A stretch of DNA of 64,000 nt from Pelagomonas calceolata. Lineage: Eukaryota. A program made the translations under genes and the position numbers. The stretch lies in NCBI GenBank assembly GCA_918797485.1, contig CAKKNE010000002.1, positions 3,658,001-3,722,000 on the forward strand. Direction: 5' to 3'. The notes beneath the pieces were generated by a model. That model was not told the DNA's origin. It saw nothing but the letters and a program-made list of their open reading frames with translations, and did no database searches. Positions 24,197 through 36,100 of this stretch are shown here, piece by piece (position 1 is the first letter of the stretch; each line of letters starts with the position of its first letter).

Positions 24197-25581
24197 GCCG
24201 CCGCGCGCGGCCGTGCTGTTTGGTCAGTGCACTGGAACAGTTTTCGCAGGAGCACTCGGCACACGGGCCGCGTGCGACGCACGCGAAGCGGATGAGCTTC
24301 GAGCGCTGTGAAGGCGCGAGTCGCCGCCCGCGACGCGGAGAAACGCCGCGCGGGCGCGTGTGACCGCTGGAGCAAAAAAAACGGGTTTGGGGAGCGGGCC
24401 CGCGGCGCACGGCCTCTCAAGGAGTCGCTTCCGAGGCTGAATCTAACATTATTTCGCCGAGCGTGAGATCGGGGGGGAGGGGGAGGCTAACGCCTCCTCC
24501 CCCCCGAACCCCCCCCACCCCCTCCTGTGTTGCTGGAGCCGAAGTGCTCCGTGGAGCCGACGTCTAGGGCGGCGTCCCGTGTACGGCGTGGAATACGCTC
24601 CCCGAATTTTTATTTTCCGAGCCGACGCGCGCCCGGCGGGCGCCGGACCGGGGACCCATCCAAAAAAACAGGCGGCGGCACGCTCGCGACGCCGACCCGA
24701 ACGCGCCCGAAGCGCGAGGGCGCTCGCGGCGGACGCGGCGCGGAAAAAGTTGACTCGCCGTCGGCCGCGGCCACGCCGCCGCCCGGGCCCGGCAGGGCGC
24801 GCACGGCCGAGCTGGCCACGGCGAGGCGCCCGCGACCGATGCCGACTCCGGCCCGACGCGATCGCACCGCGGCCGGGCCGGTTTCGGCGGTTGACGCGCG
24901 GACCGTCGTCGGGGCCGCCCGACGCGCGGCCGGCGCGGCAGAGCGACGCGGCGCCGCAGCTGCGGCGCGCGGCCTCCAGAGGCGCGGCCCGGCGCGGCCG
25001 AGCCGCGGGCGCGCTTGGGCGGCCGTCACGCGGCGCGTCGCGTGTGTTCGCAGCGCTCGCAGCGCTCACGGGCCCAAAACGCTGGCTCTGCGCGCGCGCG
25101 GCGCCCGCGCTCGCGGAAAGAAGCGTCGCGCAGGGGTTCTAGGTCGCCGACGGCGGCCTCGACGCGAAAACTGCGTCCGTAAAGGGGGCGCTGTCCCCCT
25201 TTTGGGGGCCATTCCGCAAGCTCACGGACTGGTCAGTAGTGATGATAAAAGAAATAGATTAATCACTAAAGAAGAAATAGATAAATCGCTAGAAATCGAG
25301 GATGGGGGTCCGGTCTCCGGTCCACATCATAGCGCTTGGCGAAGTGCTTGGCGCCCTGGCTTTCGTCCGGGCCGGCCCCGCCGCGCCCCAGGCTTATGAA
25401 GTATCCCAGGAACTTGAAAGAAAGCCTGAGCGACCACTGGCAACCATCCATCAGATACGACTTCAAGCTCCTACCAGGCAAAATATTATTATTATTACAA
25501 AGGTATCAAATTCTAGAGAAGTTAAGCGGTCAGGTCACTCGGACGCTATAGACGACAGTTGTAGCGTATGTACAATGTCAT

Positions 25582-28074
25582 GTGAATCTATGTGACATGT
25601 CGCAATCTGCCACTCAGCAGTCTGGAGGAGGGGTGCCTTCGCGCACCGCAGCTGCAAAATTGTCTAGGCCTATTGGATGGACTTGCGTTTACCGTAAATT
25701 AACTCGTGGATGGCCTCGCGAAAGTAGAAAAGAGTTGCGCGACCCGCCCAAAATACTTGAGCTAGATAGGGTCGCCAATGAACAAGTGAAGCGTGTACGT
25801 GACATGACACATTGCCAAGATGTTGTTTGTGTTTCAGTATTGGGGACTGGCATTTTTTGTGAGGAACCAAACATTATTCATCCGATTGTTCGCATTCACA
25901 CAATTGACGCTACCACTGGGCACTACTTAAAAGAAATAAAAGAAATAAAAAACCCTGGACGCACTGGCCATCACGGACGAGCATCATCATTGCAGATTAG
26001 CTCTCCTGGTGGTGATATTGGGGTGGATGGAATCAATATCCCCATTTTAAGCGTTACTCCAGTTTCCACGGCTCCTTGCCACCTTAAGGGCCTGAGTGTT
26101 GCGCCCACATGGAAAGAGACCAGTATTGTTGGCATTCCCTATAGGTGTCTTCTGGATCCCAATGTGATCATACTTTTTGAAATTGTTGATGTCAATCATA
26201 TTCAATCCTCCTCGCAACATCATGACCAACGTGGAGATGGAGTTTGCGGTCTAGCTTGGGCGTATCTACGGCCGGTGGGGATAAATGGCGATGTTTTAAT
26301 TAATACTTCCAAACCTGCTATGAATACGAGCACTCTGGAAAGCACAACAAACAAAAGCGGCAAAGATGTTAAGCAGCAATCTATTCAACTTCAGTTGTAC
26401 AAATACCAGGCACTCTCGTCGCTAGCGAGCTATCAAGCGCATAGGAGGGGCATCTTCTCTCCGCCAGCACCGGCTACTTCAAAAGTTCCTGCTGTCTACT
26501 TACAGTACCTACAAAAGCATTGGATTAAACACACCACCACACTTCTTGTTCAGATCAATCCCGTCCCACAACATGAGGGCAGAGTAGTGGCTTTTCATGA
26601 AAAAGGGTTCTTATGTCGCTCAAGCATATCTTCAAAGGGGGGGGCTTGCATGACAAGTGACGCCAGAATGCCTGCTGCGCGTCTGCTGAGAGGCCTCCGC
26701 ACGAGACGCCTCGAAACAGAGTGCTGCGTCCTGCCTGATTGCTTCCTTTGTCGGATCAACCCAGGCGCTCGTGGCGCGACGACAATACAGTTTTCTCCAC
26801 AGGGGCGACTGCTCGCCGTTGCCGCTGTAGAATTGCTTTGTCATCCTATTCGACTTTATGACGTGACTGGTATGGACGAGGGCATGCTGTCGCCTGGTGT
26901 GTCCTCTGCAGCTTCTGCTGCTACTGTATATGGCCTACAAGTGGATCAAAGCCATGAGGGTGCTCTTCTTGTTGCTGACCTTGATGGGCATCATGGCATG
27001 ATTTATGATTTGCGTTTCACCGACAACGAACGTTATCTCCTCTCTGCATCTGCGGACGCTCTGGTGAAAGTATGGGACCTCGGAGCACTTGCAGCCGTCT
27101 CAGCTTCCGTCCGTCCTAAATATGCACCTCGGATGCTGTGTATCTTCCATGAACCTTCTGCTCAATTTTTCTATGCTGCTATCTTTTTTATGAAGAACAA
27201 CTCCGCTACTCGTGCGCTACCGCTCTATACTCAATCCAAGGAGGATGACGGCAAGAACCATCAGAGAATATGTCCGCACGTTCTTACTGGTGCATTTAAT
27301 GGAGCAGTTGCGCATTGGGATCCCCGGACAAGTCAATGCCAAGGCCTTCTTGGTAATAGAATAGCACACAAAGGGCGAGTGCATTGTCTTGAGAGTGATC
27401 GACGATCTGGTCGAGTCTTCAGTGCTGATTCAAACGGCATCATATTTGTGTGGCGTTGTGAAAGAGACGGTGATTATCCCTCTGACTTCACCATTATTCG
27501 GAAGATAGAGCATCGTGATTTTAGAAACAAGCCCATTGTGTCAATGATGATTCGCCCCAGGAGGCGCCGAGTTCAACTTCTTGTCCAGGCTCAAGCATCA
27601 ACACTCAAGCTCGTAGATGTCACTACCTCCCAACCTGTTGCCCATTTCAAAGGCAACCTTGTGAGAGCAGGAGTGATAAGAGCTAAGTTCAGTCCAGATG
27701 GCACCTATGTGCTGGCTGGGTCTGAGGATGGAAAGGTTTATGCTTGGGATACTGTATCAGCTTCTCCAGTTTCATTTTTAGATGGTAAGTTCGGCTACAG
27801 TGCACCTCTTTGTGACCTATCGTTTCATCCAAAGCAGCATTTAGTGGCATTAACCTGTTTTGGCGGTGATCATCCAGTACTCGTATATTGTACTAATCGT
27901 CCAGACACGCCAAAATTGCTCGATGGTCAAGCTGGTTGCGACGCACGTGCTACAAAGGATCAGCCTAGCGAGATCAAAGCCCGCCGCAAGGCGTTGTCAT
28001 ATCAACTAACAACTGGAAGTAATTAGATCGTAGAGGTTCTCAAATGCTCGACATTCATAGTCCGAAGCTTATAG
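25582..28074 (+). CDS. AHI1: Jouberin/AHI1-like ciliary transition-zone protein (C2-like domain plus WD40)
   Basis: IHPIVRIHTIDATTGHYLK, PTWKE, VIILFEIVD, LAWAYLRPVG, then WD40 repeats (GHHGMIYDLRF..LSASADALVKVWD, FSPDGTYVLAGSEDGKVYAWD, FHPKQHLVA..FGGDHPVLVY). Probable last GC-AG intron 27991-28026 with CTAAC branch site. 5' end uncertain. Confidence 0.85.
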
Positions 28075-28308
28075 GCGCGCAACCACCGGCTCCAATGGCG
28101 CAACTATACAACCCACGGTCCAAGTTGCATATACTAGTATACCAAATACACCTTTTTGCCAGTGCCCCTGCCCCCCCCCCCCCCCGGGGGGGGGGGGTTC
28201 TGACGGGTGGGTGGAGGCCAAATTTTGATGTCCAGGCACAGCGCAAGGGTGCAGATTACGAAGGGGCCTGACCCCGATTAAATCGGGGGCTGTGGCGCCT
28301 CCCCTTTA

Positions 28309-29145
28309 ATAGCCCGAACGTCGCAACTTACTACGAAAGGGCCTTAGGGGGTGCCTCACATTCTGGCGGAGTGTGGGGCCCTGAAAATGCGAGGGGCCGG
28401 AAGGGCCCCCACGCGAACGTCGCGCCAGTCTAGGTTGGCACTTACCATATCCCGTCGGCGGGATATGTTATACGGCACTTACCCGAGGGGTTATTAACCC
28501 CAATCGTGGCCCGGGGTCAGTAACCCGGGTAATTACCCGTTAGTACGGGTTATTAACCCCGCCGGGATCTTATAGTACTAGACTTTCTTATAGAGGGGGA
28601 GGGGGAGGGGGCCTCACGGGCCACTGGCGCGGGCCTGGGCCGCGCCGGGCCACATGACTTGGTACTTGCCTTGGCGCACCTGTACGTACCCAAAAGCTCA
28701 ACGGGCTGCTTGCGCCCATCCGCTCGCCCGGAGGGGTCTTTCGCTAATCTCACTAAACGGGTTTAGTCGAAAACCTGTCGGGTTATTGAGCGGGTTATTG
28801 TCCCGGATCCCCTCCGAGGGGTAATTATAGGTTAATAACGGGTAATTAACAGGTAAGTGCCAACCTAGGCGCCAGTGGCGTTTCGCGTCGTGTTTGCGCA
28901 TCCTCAGGCTACCGACGCCACCGTGACGGGTACCAAGGGGGACTTCGAGGGGGAAATCACCAGCATAGAAGCGAGTTTTGATTTTCACCCCTGAAAACCC
29001 GCGAGTTGAGCTAAATACCCTCACGTTAGGTCATTTTGGGCACCTCACCCCATCTCGAGGGGGGCCCCTCCGTGGCAAGCTAGTGTCGCCGTGTGCTTAG
29101 GATGCCCCTGGGACCAAACGGGCCAAGTTGCGACGTTCGGGCTAT
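28309..29145. mobile_element. Non-autonomous TIR element hosting a nested hAT-like MITE
   Basis: Perfect 21-bp inverted repeat ATAGCCCGAACGTCGCAACTT (28309-28329) / AAGTTGCGACGTTCGGGCTAT (29125-29145). TSD ambiguous (TA, AT or TTAA/TCAA). Confidence 0.85.
28430..28868. mobile_element. hAT-like MITE
   Basis: 17-bp TIR CTAGGTTGGCACTTACC / GGTAAGTGCCAACCTAG, perfect 8-bp TSD GCGCCAGT (28422-28429, 28869-28876), subterminal TAACCCG/TTACCCG/GGGTTATT repeats. Confidence 0.92.
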
Positions 29146-29629
29146 CAATTGAAAATCTCACCAATTTGGCGTCAGGCCCTGTAGATTACGCGTAAAAAAG
29201 CGCGTAAATTACGGCGCACTGCATATAGCATCCGGTGGGCCCCTGAAGGAGATCCCACTTTAAAAACGGCGTAAAAAACAAGGAATCTAAAACTACTGCT
29301 AGCCTGAGGGCTCTCCTCAGCTAGAAGGCGGCCCGGCCGGGCGGGCCCGGGGCCCGGGAGGTACGCGACCCCGAACGTCGCTGATGCAGTCTGACGCCAG
29401 CTGCTCTCCGCGCCGTCATCCACGCGCGTCACATCCCGTAGCATGGTAGGACTCGGATGAGCCTGAGACTCGCCGGACAACTCAGTTTCGCCAGTGAACT
29501 TGACTCGGACTCACTGAGGCTGGCCGGGCAGCCTGCCAGTGAGTGAACCCACTCGGACTCGGAGCCTCTACTCGGATACAATACCCATCATCTCAATAGC
29601 TATAGCTAATATAGAAGCGAGCCAGCTCG

Positions 29630-31202
29630 ATGAAGCTCAAAAGATTCTTACTGGTAAGGACTATCAATAAAAGATTGAATATTGAATATTGACCAGAGGT
29701 ACTATCCACCCGGTGTGATCTTGGAATACGAACTTCGCGATAAGAATCGAGAAACAAAAGAGATTGATTTGCTTCATTTAACCCCGGAGTAATTCACGAA
29801 AGAGCGATCTCTCCCAAAGTGCAAGGTTGTAGGACCGACGTGCAAGTTCTTGTGAATCAGATAACTTTTGAAGAGCCCCTGATAAGTGAAAGTCGTAAGC
29901 CCCAATTACGGCGTTTGATCTACAGTACGTACACTCGGTTCCTTCATCTGATATGTACATTTCACTCATTTAGAACTAATTGAGAAACTCGAGAGCAATG
30001 ATAGTAGTGATTATTATTTATTTAAGATTCTCCGTGCACATATTCTGCCTTTGACAAATTGTGCCTTCAACAAACAGGGCGACAAATTCATCACCGGGAG
30101 CTATGATAGAACTTGCAAAATCTGGCGAACCGAGACTGGAGAAGAGCTATTGACGTTAGAAGGACATCGAAATGTAGTCTATGCGATTGCTTTCAACAAC
30201 CCCTGGGGTAATAAGATAATCACGGGCTCTTTTGGTACTTTCCCTGGCCTTCCTTACTAGTAAGTTTACTAACTTTACGTAGATAAAACCTGCAAAATTT
30301 GGAATGCCGATAACGGGGATCTTTATCATACCTACCGTGGTCACGCCACAGAGATTGTGTGCTTGTCATTCAACCCCAATGGTTCTCTTGTCGCAACTGG
30401 CTCGATGGATAATACCGCAAGACTATGGGATGTGGAGTCTGGAGAATGTCTACATACGCTGCTTGGTCATACAGCCGAAATTGTCAGTTTGAACTTTGAT
30501 ACACCCGGTCGAAAAGTCATGACAGGGTCTTTTGACCATACGGTAAAAGTCTGGGATGCCAGGACCGGGCGTTGCATCCATACTCTGGCAGGACACAATG
30601 GTGAAATCTCCAGCACTCAGGTCAGTTGCCCCTAGTTTGATGTCAATCAAAAGTACATGCATAGTTCAACTACCAGTCTGACTTATGCATCAGCGGCTCG
30701 ATCGATAGGACTTGTAAGATATGGGACGTCCCGAGTGGTCGATGTGTCCATACACTGAGAGGACACAACGATGAAATTCTGGATGTTTGCTACAGCGCCA
30801 CTGGGTCAAGATTGGTGACAGCTTCTGCAGATGGGACATCAAGAGTATTCAACACAATGACAGGGGCTTGTCAATCCATACTCATTGGCCACGAGGGCGA
30901 AATTTCGAAAGTAGCATTTAACCCACAAGGCATCCGAATTTTGACAGCAAGCAGTGACAAAACAGCGCGCCTCTGGGATGCCGAGACCGGCGATTGCCTT
31001 CAGGTTAGACCATTTATTTTATTCAATTACCGTTCATGGTGCGTAGATACTTGAAGGTCACACAGACGAAATTTTTAGCTGCGCATTTAATTACAGTGGA
31101 GACACGATAATAACGGGCTCTAAAGATAACACGTGCCGTATCTGGAAATGTAAGTTGACTTTTAGTAATGCGTCAATAGTTACACTCAATAGTTTAGGCT
31201 GA
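29630..31202 (+). CDS. DAW1: Dynein assembly factor with WD repeats 1 (ODA16/WDR69), multi-exon
   Basis: Spliced [88 protein letters not shown], with about seven short GT-AG introns. Confidence 0.96.
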
Positions 31203-31819
31203 ATTGCGAGTGTATCGGCTGAGTCCACAAATCAACATATACTCTGACCTGATAACGAATGGGGAATTGTTTTCGCTGAGTTTTTGATATTTATTTCCGC
31301 GTTTCTTGTGTTGCAAGTGGCCGGCACGGTGTACTCGCGGTGTGACTCCATGCGCCCCATGCGAGAGGAGTCATGGTCCCGGGATCTCTCCTGGCGGCCT
31401 TACTTAGACTGTACTAAACCCGGTGGCTTCGAGGGAAACTAAAAATGGATAGGAGTCCACAGTGGTCCCCCCCTGGCACCCACTTCCACTGCTCGCCGGC
31501 GGATAAAAGTGGTACTATGATTTTTACAATTGCCACGGCTGCATTGCAGGAAGTAGATAAGCAATTACAAGCCGAAAAGGCAAAGATTGCTCAATTACAA
31601 GGACAAATGAATGACTCAGGCTCCGAGTTCTAGCTCCGAGTTCTACTAGCTCCCGGGCCGCCGAGTCACTGTCGGATGCCAGTGTAGAATGCCAGTGTGC
31701 TACTACTATGCCTTGGAGAATTATTCAGCATTCACTTATATAATGGGTAATAATTCTAATGATGATCTATCGAAATTTAGAAAGGGCCCGGGGGGCCGGG
31801 CCCGGGTCATTCTAGGCCG

Positions 31820-31913
31820 TAGGGTGCAGTTTACGCACGGCGTTTTTACGTGGGATCTCCTGCAGCGGTGCTTTACGCGTAATTTGCGCGTTTTCCACGT
31901 AAACTGCACCTTA
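31820..31913. mobile_element. Short MITE (hAT-like); related pieces at about 29175-29290 and 32558-32591
   Basis: TIR TAGGGTGCAGTTTACG / CGTAAACTGCACCTTA with TCTAGGCC near both ends; shared GGAGATCCCAC..AAAAACG and CGCCGTGCGTAAA..GCACCCTA in the other copies. Confidence 0.75.
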
Positions 31914-32002
31914 TCTAGGCCCGGGGGGTCAAACACTTAAAATCTTACCGTGACGAGACTCAGGCTGAGAATGATACTGTGTATAGATACCTTACTGCTA
32001 TT

Positions 32003-32118
32003 TCGAGCAGGAAGAAGACTCTTAGGAGCTTGTTCCTTTTTTAGGTCTTCCTTAATTTATTTATTTATTTTATTTTCAAGTTATTTATTCAAGTTTGCTT
32101 TGCTTAGCCTGAGAGCAT
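32003..32118. repeat. Dispersed AT-rich repeat family C; inverted copy at about 56912-57000, related piece at about 185-265
   Basis: Shared CTTAGGAGCTTGTTC..GTCTTCCTT..GCTTTGCTTAG. Confidence 0.7.
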
Positions 32119-33197
32119 TTAATTGCTACTAGTACTATGCTACACTGGCCCGGGCACTAGCCCCCTCTTATTCTCCTCTATAGTCCCACCTTGACGTAAT
32201 GAAGGTTCACACCCCACTCATACATAGTGCTAGTATTACACGCCGGCGGGGAGTCACTAGCGCCAAACTCACTCACACCGTTGCAGGGGGTCGGTATACC
32301 ACCGCACCCCTCATATTTCCTGCAAAAAAGGAGGTATAAAAATCCTTCCGGCGCAGCAGGTGTCAGCTAGCGGCCCTTTAAGACACTACTAGTGGCTGCC
32401 CCAAACGCTGTCAGGTCCGAGCCAATTGCTAGTTGCATGCTGTTGCGAGCATGGTGTGCACTCTAGGTGCGCACTTGTGCAACCGTGCTCGTGCTGCTAT
32501 TGAGCTGTGTGGCTACCAAGTCCCTTTTAGTCGCTCTGGCTGCTCTGGACCGTTTCTCACGTAAAAAACGCCGTGCGTAAATCGCACCCTAGTAAAATTG
32601 TTGGTGAAGGATCAGGTTTTATAGCAACAATGGAAGATATGGATGAACTCGACATCCCCGCGGCTGGAATGTACAAGCTTGGAGAAGAAATTGTTCAAGG
32701 CTCAGAGAAGCTTAAGGTGTTGGAGATCTCGGGGAAAGGCCCGGGCGGCTGGGCCCGGACTCTGACTCGGGAGTCAGGCCCGGGCTCGGCCAAGGTTGTG
32801 CGGGTTAGGGGCAGAAAATCTCAATGAGCCTGGCGTGGGCGATTTCGGGGATTTCCTCCGAGAGATAGCAACTGCGGCACCGAGTTTGTCGACGTGCAAC
32901 TGCACGCCGCCAAGGATCGCTGGCGGAGGCCCCTGATACGTGCAACTGCCCCTGACGCATTTCGCTGGCTATGGTGCTTCCATGGGCTGCCCCGGCGCGG
33001 CCCATTGCCCTCAGATGCCCCGCGATAAGTCGAAACGGCGTGACGGAGGCCCAACTTCGGGTGCTGTAGCTCGCGCTGTAGGCGCGCGCTGCCGCGTGCA
33101 AACTCACGGCTATCTCACGGCTATACCTTGAGGCACCACCGCCGTAGCTAGCAAAAGCTCAGCCCCTCTAATAATCTACCTGTAAGTAAATTGTAGG

Positions 33198-36100
33198 TTG
33201 AGAGTCGACTCTCAGGAACCGATGATAGAGTGCGGCGACTCGCGCGATTCTCTGCATTTGGTTTATTACGTGCCGCGTCACCGTACGATTTATTATGCGG
33301 CCGACAGTAGCCACGTGGATGATTGTGCGCCTCAAGACGTCCTCTTAGATAAATGGCGACGACCTCCATGTTCTCTGTTTCATCGGCTGTCTAGCACGCG
33401 TGATTGTTTACACCACGACAGCCATCGTTCGATACTGATGAGCGATGTGAACTCAAATATACCAACACGGCGAGTTACTTGTGAAGTCGTAACTAACAAA
33501 ATTCAACAGCAATCTAGTGTTTTCTTTCAGCGGGCAGAAGCCGGAACCAAAGCCATCTCTCTTAATTCAGTAACTGGTCTTTTCGACATGATCGGATATT
33601 CCATTACTGGTATTGAAGCAACATCTCACTCTCTGTTGGGGGGTTCTCCTGTAGCAGACATGTCTAGTAATGTCGCTTTCAAGAGCGACGAATCTATATT
33701 TGAGCTCGCCGGCGACATAGAAAACACAGCTGGGCCATCTCGACTCAACGAATCGCTCACATCGACAAACAGCCATGATGCAGAGAGTGACACAAGTGCC
33801 ACCAGGACTACTCTGCCTAGCCCAGCCGCAGCAGGTTCCAAATCAGTTACAATAGGCGCTGGTGATCGACCCCTTCTCATTGCGGAACTAATGCCCATGG
33901 CCTCTGAGATGCAACCTGCAGTTGCTCCATCCGAGATCGTCCTAGATTGCGTTCACATGGTTTTCAACAACGTTTCACACAGTAATCTCGAGGCTAAGGT
34001 CAAGGATATCGCTCCGCTGCTGCACGAGGAACATTTTGGGTGGTTTGCAAATTATTTGGTGGTCAAACGGATCTCCACGCAGCCAAATTTTCACACACTG
34101 TACCTGGCCTTTTTGGAGAAGTTAGGTGCAGATGAACCCAAGCAGAAGCTTTTAAAATGCGTCATCAGCGCTGTCTTTCACAATATTGCCAAACTGCTTC
34201 GGTCATCAAAAATAACCACATCTACTAGTGAACGATCACTCCTCAAGAATCTTGGTAGCTGGCTAGGACAAATAACCCTGGCGAGGAATCGACCTATTCT
34301 TCAACGCCAGCTTGATGTGAAGGAGCTTTTATATCAAGGCTACGAGTCCGGTCGCCTCATTGCAATCTGTCCGTTTGTGGCTAAAATCCTTGAAGGTGCC
34401 AAGTCATCTGCTGTGTTCAGACCACCGAATCCTTGGTTGATGGGCCTGATGGCTGTTCTAAGAGATCTTTATGACATCCAGGAACTGAAGATGAACATAA
34501 AATTTGAGATCGAGGTTCTCTCGAAGCACCTAGGAATAAAGCTCGACGAGGTCACAGGCCCTGCTACTCTTGCATTTCGATGTCCGCCCGTGAAAGCTCG
34601 ATCTCCTGATTTTAACATCAAGCGAGCTGCCACAGATCCAATTTCAGAGACCCCGTTTGGCAAAGGACTCTCTTCGAATCCTCCCCACCGAGTAAGTTCC
34701 ATGTCACAGCAACAAACGCAACAACGTCAACAGGTTCAGTCTGCAGGTTATGCGTTGAAGCGTGAGAACAACGCAGTGCGCACCTTCGCAGCTGGCCAAT
34801 CTGCCTCGAACATTGCACCAGGGGGGCCTGATTTATTGCAATCACCACTGCCACCGCAAGCACAGCAGCAACCAGGGCTCTCGGAGCAAACTGTGATACC
34901 AAACCTTGCATCATACATAACGATTTCTGCGCAAATTGCGTCTGGACCTAGTGGTGCAGCTATGCGCCGTGTGGCACCGGTAGCTGTTGATCGGGCGATT
35001 CGAGAAATTATACAGCCTGTTGTGGAACGAAGCGTCACGATCGCGTGCATTACAACGAGGGATCTAGTTGCAAAGGACTTTGCCACTGAACCAGAAGAAA
35101 GTCGCATGCGCAAGGCAGCACAGCTCATGGTTTCTAACCTTGCGGGCAGCCTTGCCCTGGTTACATGTAAGGAACCGCTCCGTGTTAGTATTGCTAAACA
35201 TCTCCGTGCACTACTCCAGCAGCAGCCCGGCTCCTTTTCAGGCAGTGACCAGCACGAGCAACACGCAGTACAAACGTGTGCAGCTGAAAATCTAGACTTG
35301 GGTTGTATGCTCATCGAGAAGGCGGCAACTGAAAAGGCCATTCGTGACATTGATGAGGCGCTAGCTCCAGCTCTGAATGCGCGACAAAAGCGCTTCGAAC
35401 AAGGTCGTGGCTACTCCGATATGATAAGCCCTTTTGGCACTGGCGAGGGGCGATATCCTGCAGCTTTGCCTGAGGCCTTGAGACCAAAGGCAACTGGCCT
35501 TCTTGCGCATCAATTTTTTGTCTACGAAGCTTTTCAACGAATGCCAAGACAAGCTCACTTCCCGCAGCAAAGCGCCCATCAAGCAGCCAACCAGCAAGCA
35601 TCTTCGGCCCACATGCAACAGCAACAAAAGCAAAATCAGCAGCAAAATGTTTCGCGAGTGCCTGAAGCTGCATCAAACCAAGCCCAGCTATCAGGTTACT
35701 CAAGCCGTTTTCGCAGTGGTGCCTGCGGCGGTGCTGCCACTCTGTCTGCAATTGCCCAGCAAGCAGCTGCTGAGCGTCCATCCATCTCAATAGCCGAATT
35801 GATGGACGCATATCGTTCAGCAACAGCAAAACTCGATGCAGAGTTCGCATCACTCACTGCCAAGATGCCAAATGCTGCTGTCGACATCAATTTTGTTCAA
35901 TTACGGAACCATCCCATTTCTGTGCACGTCGGCGAGTTATTGCTCGCAGCTGCACGGGTTGATCACACCTCTAGAGATGATGCAGCATTAGCAATAGCGC
36001 AATCCACTTTCAAGGCGATGTGTGAGCAACGGGCGCTGGAGCCACCTGTCCGACTTGAGACATTAGCAATTGTCCTTGCTGCCGTTGCAGATATTTCAGC

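Noticed and set aside
24449..25399. Long Arg/Ala/Pro-rich ORFs on both strands
   Set aside because: Explained by stop-codon scarcity in very GC-rich repeat DNA.
28165..28197. Poly-C/poly-G hairpin
   Set aside because: Low-complexity palindrome with unreliable homopolymer lengths and no functional evidence.
31445..32827. Protein-like fragments (ALQEVDKQLQAEKAKIAQLQ; MEDMDELDIPAAGMYKLGEE)
   Set aside because: Short, embedded in scars and repeats, and no family recognised.
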